Both the position numbers and the translations under genes were made by a program. DNA of 61,501 bases, counting the filler, from Porpidia crustulata (taxonomy: Eukaryota), in NCBI GenBank assembly GCA_964255105.1. It is 4 parts of 4 records of this genome, joined end to end, with 100 filler letters (N's around TTAATTAATTAA, not from the genome) between each part and the next. Parts side by side here need not be neighbours in the genome. Positions count along the whole stretch, not along the records: positions 46,222 to 61,501 come from CAXUWE010000325.1; 3 more parts are not named here. One strand, written 5' to 3'. Below the pieces are notes generated by a model, which had not been told where the DNA came from, did no database searches, and saw only the letters and a program-made list of their open reading frames with translations. Positions 49,075 to 60,229 of the stretch are shown here, in pieces. Positions within the stretch are counted from its first letter, which is position 1. Each line of letters opens with the position of its first letter.

Positions 49075-51796
49075 TGCAAGAAAGGGAGGAAAGTACAGAT
49101 GATGCTCGGACAATCCACTATTCACTAGTTTTTTAGGAAACTACGAAAATTTATCAAGAACGGAGAGACGACAGGACTAATGGAAATATCGGCTATTGAG
49201 GGAATTGTTACCCCATAGAAGTATTGGGCCTCTTATGGATTGCATCGGATGGACCTCCGAATCTGACTCGAGGTCTCGCGCCGTCTCAATAGCAGTTGGA
49301 TCTCCTAGATTGCGATTAGCGACAGCCGACGGCAAATATAATCACGATATTATACACCTATTGTAGCAAATAGTCTTGGCTAAAGAGCAAACAGAAAAAT
49401 AGTGATAATAGAGAATAATCCGTCAACCATGATACCGAGCATGATGCTCACACAACACTCTCCGTCCAGGTCTTTCATTATCGCTCTTTGTGTTAGCAAT
49501 ACGGAAGAACAGAAATCGTCAAAGTTTTTCCAAAACTCCAGCAAAAGCATCTCAGTGCTCTCTATTAACCCGAAATCATTTGGACTGAAGCACGGCTCAT
49601 GGAAGGTATATATCTATCTTTTGACTGAATAGTTCAAGTAACAGGAGTCCTTTGGCCAGACTCTATTCTGTCCCAATCTTGTGGAGATATTGTTGAAGTA
49701 GAACGAGTTCATCCGGCAGCGGTCTAATAGTAATCTAGATGAGGCACAGTCCAGTAGTAGTGATGGCTTCTGTACAAACGATGGGTTTAGGCGTGGAAAA
49801 TGCCATATAGATCGACACTTGATTCAGGACAAAAAGTACTTACACGCTTCTGCCGTCATCCTCCAGATTTTCGAGAGAAATCGCTTTCCTTCGCCAGGAA
49901 CAATTGAGTTTCGATTTGGATTAATAACAGGTTTTGATAATATGATACTGGATCAAACTCTCATGACAGATTGAGTCCTTGAGAGCAAAATCGGATGGGG
50001 AGCAGAGGATTATATTTCCATATCACTTCAACTGAAAGGGATCCTCGTGATTCTTATATGGTTTAGCACATTGGCAGAAAATAGCGAATGAGAAGTTTTG
50101 GAAAACGGTAGATAGTCAAAGGGTATAAAGTGCAGGAAGACCGAGGTCGAGTAACGAAACACCCAAGAGCAGCAATTGCAGTCGAGATACATAGATGAAA
50201 CCAAAAGGATAACGTTCGTTTTCTCCAGCATCTTTACCTTCTTGATGGAAGTCTAACCTCTCTATGTAGCAAGTGCTTCGGATACCAACACCTTGGCACG
50301 GGGATGTTACGTAGTAGCCCTTCCTCCTTTTAGCATCTTAAATGAGTCACACTGCCCGGCACTTTTGTCCCGTACGTTGACGAGTATTGCTTTGTATGAA
50401 AAGCTAGGCCCATAATGGGTTCTGGCTTTTCTTACTCTAGTCACAGCGCTTTCCCGTCAGTAGATTTATCACAAAAAGTCTGCGGCAAAGAAAAGCTAAT
50501 TCGGTCTTTCTGTGCTTTCTTCAAGTACGAGAAGAAAATTCGGAAGAGGACTCGACTTGCGAAGAGAAATTGAAGATCTAGAATTTAACCGCTCAACCTC
50601 GACAAAGGCATTCTATGCTTTCCTCGCAAGCACTGAAACGAAATGTCTCTCGTATCTCTAATGCAGTAACATTGTGCTCGCTCGAAGGTACTATCAAAAA
50701 GCAGTGCTTAAGAACTCGCTGGAGACTTCACATGCGCGCAGAAACCACATGAATGCACGATCGAGTGTCTTAAGCTAATGTAATAAAACGAAAACTCATA
50801 GATCATCTGGCCTAAGGAAAGGTATTGGGAACACGAAGGTGTAAAAGTTGAAGCACTCAGGTAGCTAACCGGAGAAAGCCGAGACTTATGCGCTAGCGTG
50901 GGTGGTTCAGCCCTATATCCCGGAGGTCCCTCCGAGTCAACTTCCTCCTTCCTTCTTCCTCACTTCACACCTCACATCTTACTCCTCGTCTTCATTACTA
51001 CCATGATATGTGCTCTTTCTCACTCATTATTAAACTTGCTTTCGTTTGACCTTCTACGAGAGGGTCTTCCGAAGATATTCTTAAATCCAGCATTATGACG
51101 ATGCTTTCCGCGACTATCGCGGTGCCAGAAATCTTCGCACCCCAAGGGCGCAGCACAGAGGATTCATACCTTCTCGTCGTTCAGTACGCAGCAGAACCGA
51201 CCCACGTATTTAGATGCCTCACCACTGCTATTGTCATGACTCGTGACAGTTGTTCTGATCCATAAATATCCTTTGCATGAAACGCGACAGGCGACCGCTA
51301 GAGTACCATTGTCATGGGATCAAAAAGATTATTTCAATCCCGCGTTGCGGTATGCGCAAGCTTTAGGCCAATTCCTGTGCTACACTGGAATTCCTTTAGT
51401 CGCGGTACTGCGGCTCGCAAACACTGTATCTACTCAAAGTCTGTTATTGCCGGGCGACGCGATGATGCTTTCAGTCAAGCACATGGTACATTGCTGATAC
51501 TACGCTGAGGTTTCATCCTCTATTTAGTCTAGACAAGACTTTCTTCATTGAGGCGAACTGACTTTCTATCGAAAATTCTACAAATGTCATCCATGGCGCT
51601 TGCGTGGCAGTGTCGCGTCCCGTCTCTTGGCCAATATGTTGACCCCACATGATTGTGGTGCCGACGTACCGAATAGACTACATAAAGATCTGCAAAGATA
51701 CCAAATGGTACGAAACCGCGGCATGTTTGCATATTCAATATCTACGAGAAGAGTACTTCTTTAGCCCTTGCTCATTACCTCTTATCTCCAACAGAG

Positions 51797-52801
51797 ATGC
51801 CGTGCAAGCTCACGAGATTGTCTTCGATTACTTTGATAGTCCTTAATCTTCTTAGCCTTTTTCTCTCGCCTATCCAAGCTTCGAGTGATCCTCATTCCGA
51901 TGGAAGCATTGCTTCATTGGCCGCAAAAATCGACTTGGAGACAAGGACCGATTTGACCGGGAATACCGTCGAAAATGGTTCATCCAGATCAGTCGCTGAC
52001 GATGTTGATAACGCACTGGCCGAGAGAGGGTTCACAGATCTTCACCGAAAAGTATTCTCAGCCGTGAATTTTGATGGTAAGGCCAATCTAGGCTACAACA
52101 TCTCAATTCCAGGTAACACATGCGAGACAACCGTCATAGGCGATTGGGAAAACCCCAGTGGTGCTTTAGTACCAAACGCAACCTTGGGGGATATTTACAA
52201 TGCAATGAACCTACCTAGCGCAGGACTCATCAATTACACGTTGACCCGTGCCTTGGCTCTGCAGGAAAAGCTCAATACCACCCTGACGGACGTTATTTGT
52301 GCTCCTCCGGCGAGTGCCAACCGAGGACTTCTATTCCGATACGATCCCAGAGATGTAGAAGGCTTCTGGACGGCCTTTATCCTCGGTGGAAGCGGTGTGG
52401 GATTTATTGGATTTTTCGGTCTCCGCGAAGCAATCATCCCCCAGTCCATGGGAAACATCACCGTGAACGAAGAAGTCTGGATACTTGCGGCGACTGCCCT
52501 GGCGCAATATATTGTCGTTTCCGCATCGTTCCGGCTACAACATCTCGGGTACTTCAGCAAAGGAGAAGCATTCGTTCTGAACGCGTTTATCGCCATGGGC
52601 GAGGGGATTGCGTCTTCGTGTCGGTTCTTGTGGGACAAGACCTGTGCAGCGCCAGGTGCTGTTAAATACGGCATTCTTCGCTTGGCCCAAGCCACCGTTG
52701 ATAGGCTCCAGAGTTTCGAACCCAGAAGCTTGGGAACTGGGGGTGGGTCGTCGCTGGATCTTGTTGGGCAGGACATTGAGCAAGGCCGGGACAGTTGCTG
52801 A
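51797..52801 (+). CDS. Hypothetical membrane glycoprotein (334 aa)
   Basis: Signal peptide; N-glycosylation sequons (NGS, NIS, NAT, NYT, NTT); 2-3 C-terminal hydrophobic segments. Confidence 0.7.
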   Translation: MPCKLTRLSSITLIVLNLLSLFLSPIQASSDPHSDGSIASLAAKIDLETRTDLTGNTVENGSSRSVADDVDNALAERGFTDLHRKVFSAVNFDGKANLGYNISIPGNTCETTVIGDWENPSGALVPNATLGDIYNAMNLPSAGLINYTLTRALALQEKLNTTLTDVICAPPASANRGLLFRYDPRDVEGFWTAFILGGSGVGFIGFFGLREAIIPQSMGNITVNEEVWILAATALAQYIVVSASFRLQHLGYFSKGEAFVLNAFIAMGEGIASSCRFLWDKTCAAPGAVKYGILRLAQATVDRLQSFEPRSLGTGGGSSLDLVGQDIEQGRDSC

Positions 52802-54142
52802 TGAACCATGTGCAGCAAAGTCATTTCAAGACTTCAGGTATCTTCAGCATGTGTGGAGATCGAATGCCATCTACGCGCCTACGAGGGCCGTAAAGATATG
52901 TGCTACTTTGGCCGCTGAATCAGTGTGAACGATGACCTGAAGGAATCTTCCTTGCACCAATGTCGAATATTTTCGTTCATACGGCTGAGCTCTTCCCTCA
53001 GATAACACCCATGAATTTTCATCAACATTAAAGACGGTGACCGCGTTTCCCGACCATCCTGCAATAGCTTCAATTTATAATAGCAATATACTCGATCTCC
53101 CACAGCTCTTCGCTCCCACTTCATCCATGTATATACACTGATCTCCTAGTCGCGTCTATACCAACTTTCAATCCTTCCAGGAAATACACAGCCAGACCTC
53201 CGTGCATGATCTTTGAATGGCTCTGGTCCAATTCAATGGTCCAAACCCCCTGCGGCGTGTAACTGTTTCTTCATACGTCTACGTTACCAGCTTACAATCC
53301 TTTCAGAAGATGCGTACTGAGATCTCCGTACATGATCCTTGAATCGTCCCAATCTAATTCAACCATCTAAAACTTATGCGGCATATACTGCTGTCTCTTC
53401 GTCTGTCTACTATGCTACATACTCTTTCGATTTCTTTGTTCCTGAAACGCTGCTAAAATCGCACCTACACCTCCCACTTCGCGAGCATATTACCGACGTC
53501 TTGATGAGATCGAACACAGTACATAGTAGACGATGCTTCAATAGCACTCAAACTCCTCACGGTATCGAAAAACAATAGAAAATAAATTCCAACCCAAACT
53601 CCATACGAAATAACCTCAGCATCTCCATCAAATCCCCATCTAACCCTCCCTGCTTGCTTTCTAGAGCTAGAACCCAGTTCCATTCTAGATCAAGGTCATA
53701 AAGACTGGTTCGCAGTAAGAGCCGACTTAGATTATTCTGCTCGGGTTGTATGAGTCATTTTTAGATATCCGCTATGTTATCTGAATGACTGTCGTTTGGA
53801 GAGTCAAGCATTTTCTTTCGATAAGGTAGTCTTTCGGCGCAGCTCTAGAATAGCTCACTAAATCTAGATATTGAGGCCTAGAGTGGAAATTTATCTATAG
53901 CATAAGCTTTAAGGTTTACAGTACTCAGTGACTCAGTGACTAGTTCCTGAGTATTGAGAACTTTGACGACTCTACAAAATACTCACGGGTGGATATACAA
54001 GAGATTGAGGCAATCGGCCAAGAAGAACTAGATTGGGGGCCAAAACCGAAGTCTGACTCGTTTAGGCACAGCCACCAACACCTCCAACCATGTTCCCACT
54101 TATAAACACAACGTCATTCCCGCTATATACGCAGCTGGCGGG

Positions 54143-55678
54143 ATGGAAGACAGCGTCATGAAAGACAAGGAGACAATTCACAATAAAACCAGAATGCCAC
54201 AACCGTCACGCAAACTCATCCCAACCCTCCAGATACGCCTGGGCATGGTCATCGACAACGGAGTCCCATGTGAGCGACCTCTACCTAAACTCCCAGCTTC
54301 TCTGACAAACGTAGAGCCGATCTTACTCTCACCCCTTGGCTTCGCCACCGAGCGTCAAAACTGGGAATACATCTATGCCGACGTGTTTCCATCGTGTGTG
54401 TTGGGGAAACGCCTCCCGCTAATCGATGACGGAGCTAGATCGAGCTTCGAAGTATCAAAGTTTAGCGCGAATGTATACGCTTGCTGCAGAGAGGATGTAG
54501 GTCTGGAAACGATGAAGCGGTACATCTACTCCCGGAAGCGTCTGGATTTGGAGCAAGCGGCTGCTCTTGTGCTATCAGCCATCGTGAATGATGCGGCGAT
54601 TCCTGCAAGAGACGATATCGTAAGGTGTTTAATTAATAGGTTGGATTGCTCGGTCCTTAAGTGGAGCTGCATGTGGATCAACGATGTTAAAGAAGATTCG
54701 AGTAGCAAATTCAGTCGCTTTGCAAAATATGTGCAACGGCTAGTGGAAAGCAATCATGCAGCTGGAGTTCCTGGGTTAGATAACATGGAAGTCTTGGTAG
54801 AAGTCCTCATCAAAGTGCGAAGGTATCCCAGCAGCGACAGATGTTTGTTCATCCCCGAGTGGATGTTCAAGGCCGCCGATATCCCAGTCCCTACGAAGTT
54901 CCGCGCCTGGGGCAACAGAGGAATGATGGGTTCAGGAAGGTATCCGATATCCCAGACCAATGAAAACACCATTGTTTTATCTCGGAAATCCTTTCGCAAA
55001 GTCCAACGGCGCTTGCTCCGGTACTTTCGATTTTGGATACCCGTGTTAATTTTCCGCAACGATGTCAAAGACCCCGAGTCGGACGTTCTCTACTGCTCCG
55101 ACCACATCAAGTCAAAGATGACAGACTCCAAAGATACGTTCCTAGTGGCCCACTACTTCTTCGCTTTCCAACGGCGACTGCAACCAAAGGTCGTCTCGGA
55201 CGTCGACTGGACTCGTTTTCTAGCCAAAGGCGAAACAATGAAAATCTACCAGAACAATCCGAGTATCATCAGTACTTTTGAAGAGAAGCTGAGTGAGCTC
55301 TCGGGATGCCGTGGACTTACTACCTCGAAAGGGGTCATCACTCAGCAGATCGATAGATGCTGTCTCTTGATGGAAGCGTATGTCTTGCTATACGGTGGAG
55401 GCGACCAGACGAAACTCCGATTCTCCCCGGATGTCAAGGGAGGCTCTGGGAGAGGCGATGTTGATTGGTACAATGTACTGTGTAATATTCTAGGTGAGCT
55501 ACGTAGGGCTGCGGTAGCTGCTGGACTTGAAGCGCCGCCACTTGCCAACAAATTCTTGGCCAAGGACATCATGGCCTGGAATTCTTCTTTCGTAGATGAT
55601 GCATTTGCGGATGAGAAGGTACCTGGATGGGAAATTTGGCTGGTGAAACGGCGAGCTGAAGGATCGTCGATAGTGTGA
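54143..55678 (+). CDS. Hypothetical intronless protein (511 aa)
   Basis: Long ORF; TATAAA at 54101; no recognised motif. Confidence 0.7.
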   Translation: MEDSVMKDKETIHNKTRMPQPSRKLIPTLQIRLGMVIDNGVPCERPLPKLPASLTNVEPILLSPLGFATERQNWEYIYADVFPSCVLGKRLPLIDDGARSSFEVSKFSANVYACCREDVGLETMKRYIYSRKRLDLEQAAALVLSAIVNDAAIPARDDIVRCLINRLDCSVLKWSCMWINDVKEDSSSKFSRFAKYVQRLVESNHAAGVPGLDNMEVLVEVLIKVRRYPSSDRCLFIPEWMFKAADIPVPTKFRAWGNRGMMGSGRYPISQTNENTIVLSRKSFRKVQRRLLRYFRFWIPVLIFRNDVKDPESDVLYCSDHIKSKMTDSKDTFLVAHYFFAFQRRLQPKVVSDVDWTRFLAKGETMKIYQNNPSIISTFEEKLSELSGCRGLTTSKGVITQQIDRCCLLMEAYVLLYGGGDQTKLRFSPDVKGGSGRGDVDWYNVLCNILGELRRAAVAAGLEAPPLANKFLAKDIMAWNSSFVDDAFADEKVPGWEIWLVKRRAEGSSIV

Positions 55679-56011
55679 AGGCTATTCTTTCATCTTCAAC
55701 CTTGTACCACGATGTTGAATTTGGATTTGATGTGTGAAAATGACGATTTGAGGCTTGCGACAACCATGGCAGACTCTACAGGACAGGAAATAGGCCACAA
55801 TCAGTGTTCTATATTGACTGTCAATAGAATAAAATGAAATCTTTCGTAACACAAAATTCCAACGTGCGCATTCTAAACATGCTGAGGTCGCTGGTACAAC
55901 CATATCAGAATCTCTGCAGAGTTCCCTATCAATCGCGTAAACCCAAACAGCGAAGCGTACATTTACTCCGGCGACACGATTCCCAATACTCCCGTTGATA
56001 GCTTGTTCATG

Positions 56012-58386
56012 TTACACATACGATCGCCCAGGTATTGGGGGCGCAACCAGTTTGCTACTCAAAGAGCAGTGACCTATTCCATCCTTAGTGCTAACGACGC
56101 CCCACTGCACGGGAAGAACAGCTGCATCGACGTCATCCGGTGGAGGATGACACGCAGCAGATATAGCAGCGCTACAAGTAGAAGCAAGAGGTATTCCAGG
56201 CGGATAGCGTCTAGCAGCCACTAACAAGGCGCTCACGGCTATTATGCTTCCAACGACTAATGTTAAAACAATGGCTCCAGCGGAGTAACCGCAGCTCGAG
56301 ATGGTAGAACTGCCAGCTCTGTCTTCATAATCATCTGCCAGATATTCTGGCACCAACACGTCGATCTGAACCACGAAGATACTTTGGGAGGCCAGCCAAC
56401 TCAGTAGACTCGATAGAATAAGCAGCGGGATGGAGTACGTGCAAGGAAGCTGCAGCCAATAAGTACTTCGCTGTGCACCCTTAGGCGAGGTTACCCGGAG
56501 AGTGCTCCGACGGTGAGCGTACTGCATCCACTCATTGCCTTTTCTTGTAGTGAGATATAGAAACAAGAGTCCGAGGCCCTTTGAGCACATACCTGCGACC
56601 ATACAGGTGAACAAGCCATTAAAGAGTAAATAGAGATAGGAGAGGACTATTTGAGGCAGATTTGCCAGTATTACGGTAACTGCGAAAGGAAGCTGCATTG
56701 CAATGATATTGGTTCCGACGGGTTTTCCAATACCCATTTTCCGCAGAGATCCTATACTATAAGACTGGCCCCCTGTGATCGAGAAGTAGCTCGTAAGACC
56801 AGCAGCTAGAGATTAAAAGTATCTTTTGAATATTAGAGCAAGTCCACAGAGGCTTGTGGGCGCGGGAGCATCTTACAGAGCAAAGCAGCTGGTCCAACGT
56901 ATTCGTGTCGCCGAACTGCCCCAATAGTAACGTTTAGATCTCCACTTTGTAGATTCTACTCCAAATGCGAGTCTTTCTTTTTGCGAAAGTAGCTCGGAAA
57001 CCAATTTTAATTCGTTACCTGTCCAGCTCCATAGAAGTTGTATCTGATCAGTCGAGTAGGTGCATAACCCGCGAGTTGTAGTGTCTTCCTCATCCAAAAA
57101 GCTTTCCAACGCGTCCCCAAGCGTAATCAATGCCTTTCGCTTTTGTGTCTTCAAGGTTAAAAAAATCCCAACGACCTTGATAAAGTTACAGATCATGACA
57201 GTGACTGCGAAATACAGGCTGAAGCCGACTTTGCAATTTTCGTTGACTCTCTCGCTCCAGCAATAATCTACCGTTTCACCAAGTGACTCCCACAGAGCAG
57301 GACTAAGAATATCTGGCTTAGGGAATTCATAGCATGATTTATCAATTCCTGTAGGACATCCCCAGCCCACGGGCCAAGAATCATTTGGAGAATTGATATA
57401 ACCTATGAATTTATCTTCCGTCACTTGTGTATGAACCAGTAGCACATCACCTCTTGCGGATACATACTGTGTGGAGTAAGCACGAATGCAGTCATTAACG
57501 CTTAACTTCTCGAAGCTTCCTCCATGCTGAACTCGGGTTCGGAAGCTGTCAGCAATTGACGCAAGGGTATCATATATACCACCGTTAGGATCAAAGTCGA
57601 AATTTTTGCGGACATCGAGGGCTCCACCATTGAGGTAGTCTTCAGTTGTGGCCATTACCGTGTAAACGTTTGCCTGTGTTGTCAAGAAGAATACGGAGTT
57701 ATAACTGTAGGAGCAATCAGGTTACTGAAAATAGCGCGATCGTAAAGAACCCTGACCTACACGAAATGTAAGGGAAGAGCGCTTAATCCAAGACTTAGCC
57801 AAAGTATTTTTCGACTTAAGATAACTCTAGACATATTGTGTACGGACAGGACTCCGATGTGCATGGATAGCCGTTTTGAATGTGCTCTGTCAACTTCTTC
57901 CCGGGTTGGCGAACTCAAGCACTGCATACAGTAGTTACTCGCACCCAGTAGTACGGTGCTGAGGATGTTCACTGCTACCTGCGACCAGGCATTGATAGAC
58001 TTGGCTTTTGCACAGTTCCCATGGAACAGAACTCCCACGTGATCGACCATTGGATATGATATAGTTACCCATAAGGTGATGATAAAGTTGACAATGAGAA
58101 CAATCAAAGCTGCCAGACAGCTAGTCAGCGCTCCCGCACGCCAACCTGATAGATGTTGCCGTTTCCAGGTTTGCCCTTCCTTAGAGAACATTTCTGGTGT
58201 TGCAGTACTCTGCTCAGTAGAGTCATTGTATAAGTGACCCAAGGTTAAATCATTAGCGGTAGAAGCGGGAGGTTTAGGAGAAGCGGCTCGAGTTTGGTAC
58301 ACGGTCTGAGTCTCATTTGCTATAAATAATTGATTGGTATGGTAGGGCTCGTCCGGTCTATCAAAGAGCCAAATCAGTTGTTCCAC
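56012..58386 (-). CDS. DUF6536-family multi-pass membrane protein (multi-exon; 5' end uncertain)
   Basis: NILSTVLLGASNYCMQCLSSPTREEVDRAH, LPLHF|YNSVFF, ITLGDALESFL, LANLPQ, QRSTYWLQLP, CSAAISAACHPP, VQWGVV, GHCSLSS. Confidence 0.85.
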
Positions 58387-59889
58387 TCAGGTTCAATCAA
58401 CATTTCTTGCAAACCAGCAATTTGAAGAGAAAAGCGGTATTTAGCAGGTGTGGGTTTGCTCACCCATCATTTTGCTCTAGCTCAGTGAGCTTGGTCGACT
58501 TCCGGAAGTGGCTTGACAGAGAGCGCAAAACTGCGTAGGTCGAGAGCCACACATGAGAGTCTCTAGCGGTCAGTCGCCCATTCAACATCATTCCAGTGAT
58601 CAAGATTGATAACACGAAAGCCTCGTGACTCTTTCAAGGGCTTATTCAATAATTTAAGATGAGAACTCTTCGACAACGAATTCTGCTCTCCTATATGGCC
58701 CATCTGAGCCGCCATGGCGATCACATCTTTAAGTCGTGGTATTGCTATACGTGAATGCACCTGTGACAACATTATGCAAGCGAAAAGAGAAATCTTGAAA
58801 GCCTGATAGCATATGGGCCATGCACCTTGCGCTTGTTGCCTAGTTTTAGAAGTCCTAGCCGCACACAGCAGCGAAGAGGATAGAATAGAGCAGAGCGTAA
58901 CTGGGCAGGACAAACGCTCGACTTCGTGATTCATCATATTTAGCACAGCCTCAATAGAAGCAGGGTACAAGGCATAGTTCGAGAGACGTCGGTTGGAATA
59001 CCCGTACGCCATCACCGGTCATGCTTCTTTGGAAACATGGACTCAGGGCGACCAATTGGTAAAGTCAAAGGTTTGCCAATTCGAATCGCCAATGTGCCAT
59101 GATATGCATTGTAATTCCAAGCCGACCAAGCGGGCAATGCATCCGAAACCAACTTGCAGGCACAGCCTCTCGCATCAGTGAAGATTCGACTTTGAGATTT
59201 ATCGATGCGCGCACATCCAGGGCAGCTGCCAGATCACCACTCATCCTGTATGTCCCTGTTCTTGCCGCTTCCAATTCTACATCAAGCTTTTCGTCCTATT
59301 GTCTGCGATCGATCGGCTTCTATCAACTTCAATTGGAAAACCCCAGACCTTTCGACACTATGAACATCAATCTGTGACGTTGGCCCAAATTTATGCTCTT
59401 TCTCTGATTCTTCTTCCGCGGTGAATGTCGCGTCACAAAGACTACGATTTCGCTGGGTAGTAAGTAGGCAAGCGATCAATCCGTGAGTCGGAGAAGGTAA
59501 CACGATAATTGATCCATGAATATGCAGAAAGCGCACGCCTTCGATATGACCATGTCATTCCGACATATCATGATCTTGAGTGTATCACCTGCTCTTGGCT
59601 CAAGGCGCTCTTTGCGTGTCGATTGCATTGTTGAGTCAAATACTAGAGTACTTGAGCGCTGCATGTAAGCAAGACTCCGCAATGCCTCGACTGTCGTTGA
59701 GGTGGCAATAATAGAAGGCTCATACCCAGTGAGCCGTACATATAGACCTTGTAGCTGACCGAAAGTAGATAGGTAGCTGGGAGATTGAGCTTTCCATCGT
59801 AAGGGTTTTACAGAGGAAAGTATCTTATCCTCAATACAAGATTTTAGCAAACATACCATACTGTATCATTCCCTTGGCTTCCTGTCGAT

Positions 59890-60095
59890 GACAGTACTCC
59901 TAACCGTGATGAACCGTTTATTTTATAATCGGATTAGGTTCGATTCCTAATGGCGCTGGTACAATGGTGTAAGGTAGTGGTTTGCTTTTCTCAATCCACC
60001 CCTCAACGGGACCGCGAATCAAGATGACCCTAACCCTAGGCGAGCTGTCTCGTTGAGGGGTGAACACTAGTAGCGCTGTAATGTGCTCGTACTGC
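59890..60095 (+). promoter_or_regulatory. Structured element upstream of TRM61: tRNA T-arm mimic / perfect B box plus long stems
   Basis: ATTAGG-TTCGATT-CCTAAT hairpin (59933-59951); 16-bp stem 59997-60012/60047-60062; further stems 59951-58/60071-78 and 59965-70/60064-69; G-U pairs favour a + strand RNA. Confidence 0.55.
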
Positions 60096-60229
60096 CGGGC
60101 GAATGAAGGTCGCTTTTATACTGCTATGGAATCGCAACAGTGTTCTTGTCAGACTAGGAATAATGAACAGAATAGTTGCCCCTTGTGATCGCACTGTCAA
60201 GATAGCAACTTAGCTTATCAGCCTTCGGA

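Noticed and set aside
52234..52824. 196-aa antisense ORF, and similar shadow ORFs over NPT1 and ILV1
   Set aside because: Antisense shadows of real coding regions
58563..59859. Cluster of short minus-strand ORFs
   Set aside because: No recognisable motifs or coherent exon structure
60028..60038. CCCTAACCCTA telomere-like / telomerase-template-like sequence
   Set aside because: Under two repeats, confined to a ~34-nt hairpin loop with no room for a pseudoknot or a long TER before TRM61; better explained as a CTAAC branch-point-like motif
59914..60100. Intact or circularly permuted tRNA gene
   Set aside because: T-arm and acceptor-like helix are present, but no proper D-arm or anticodon arm lies in register
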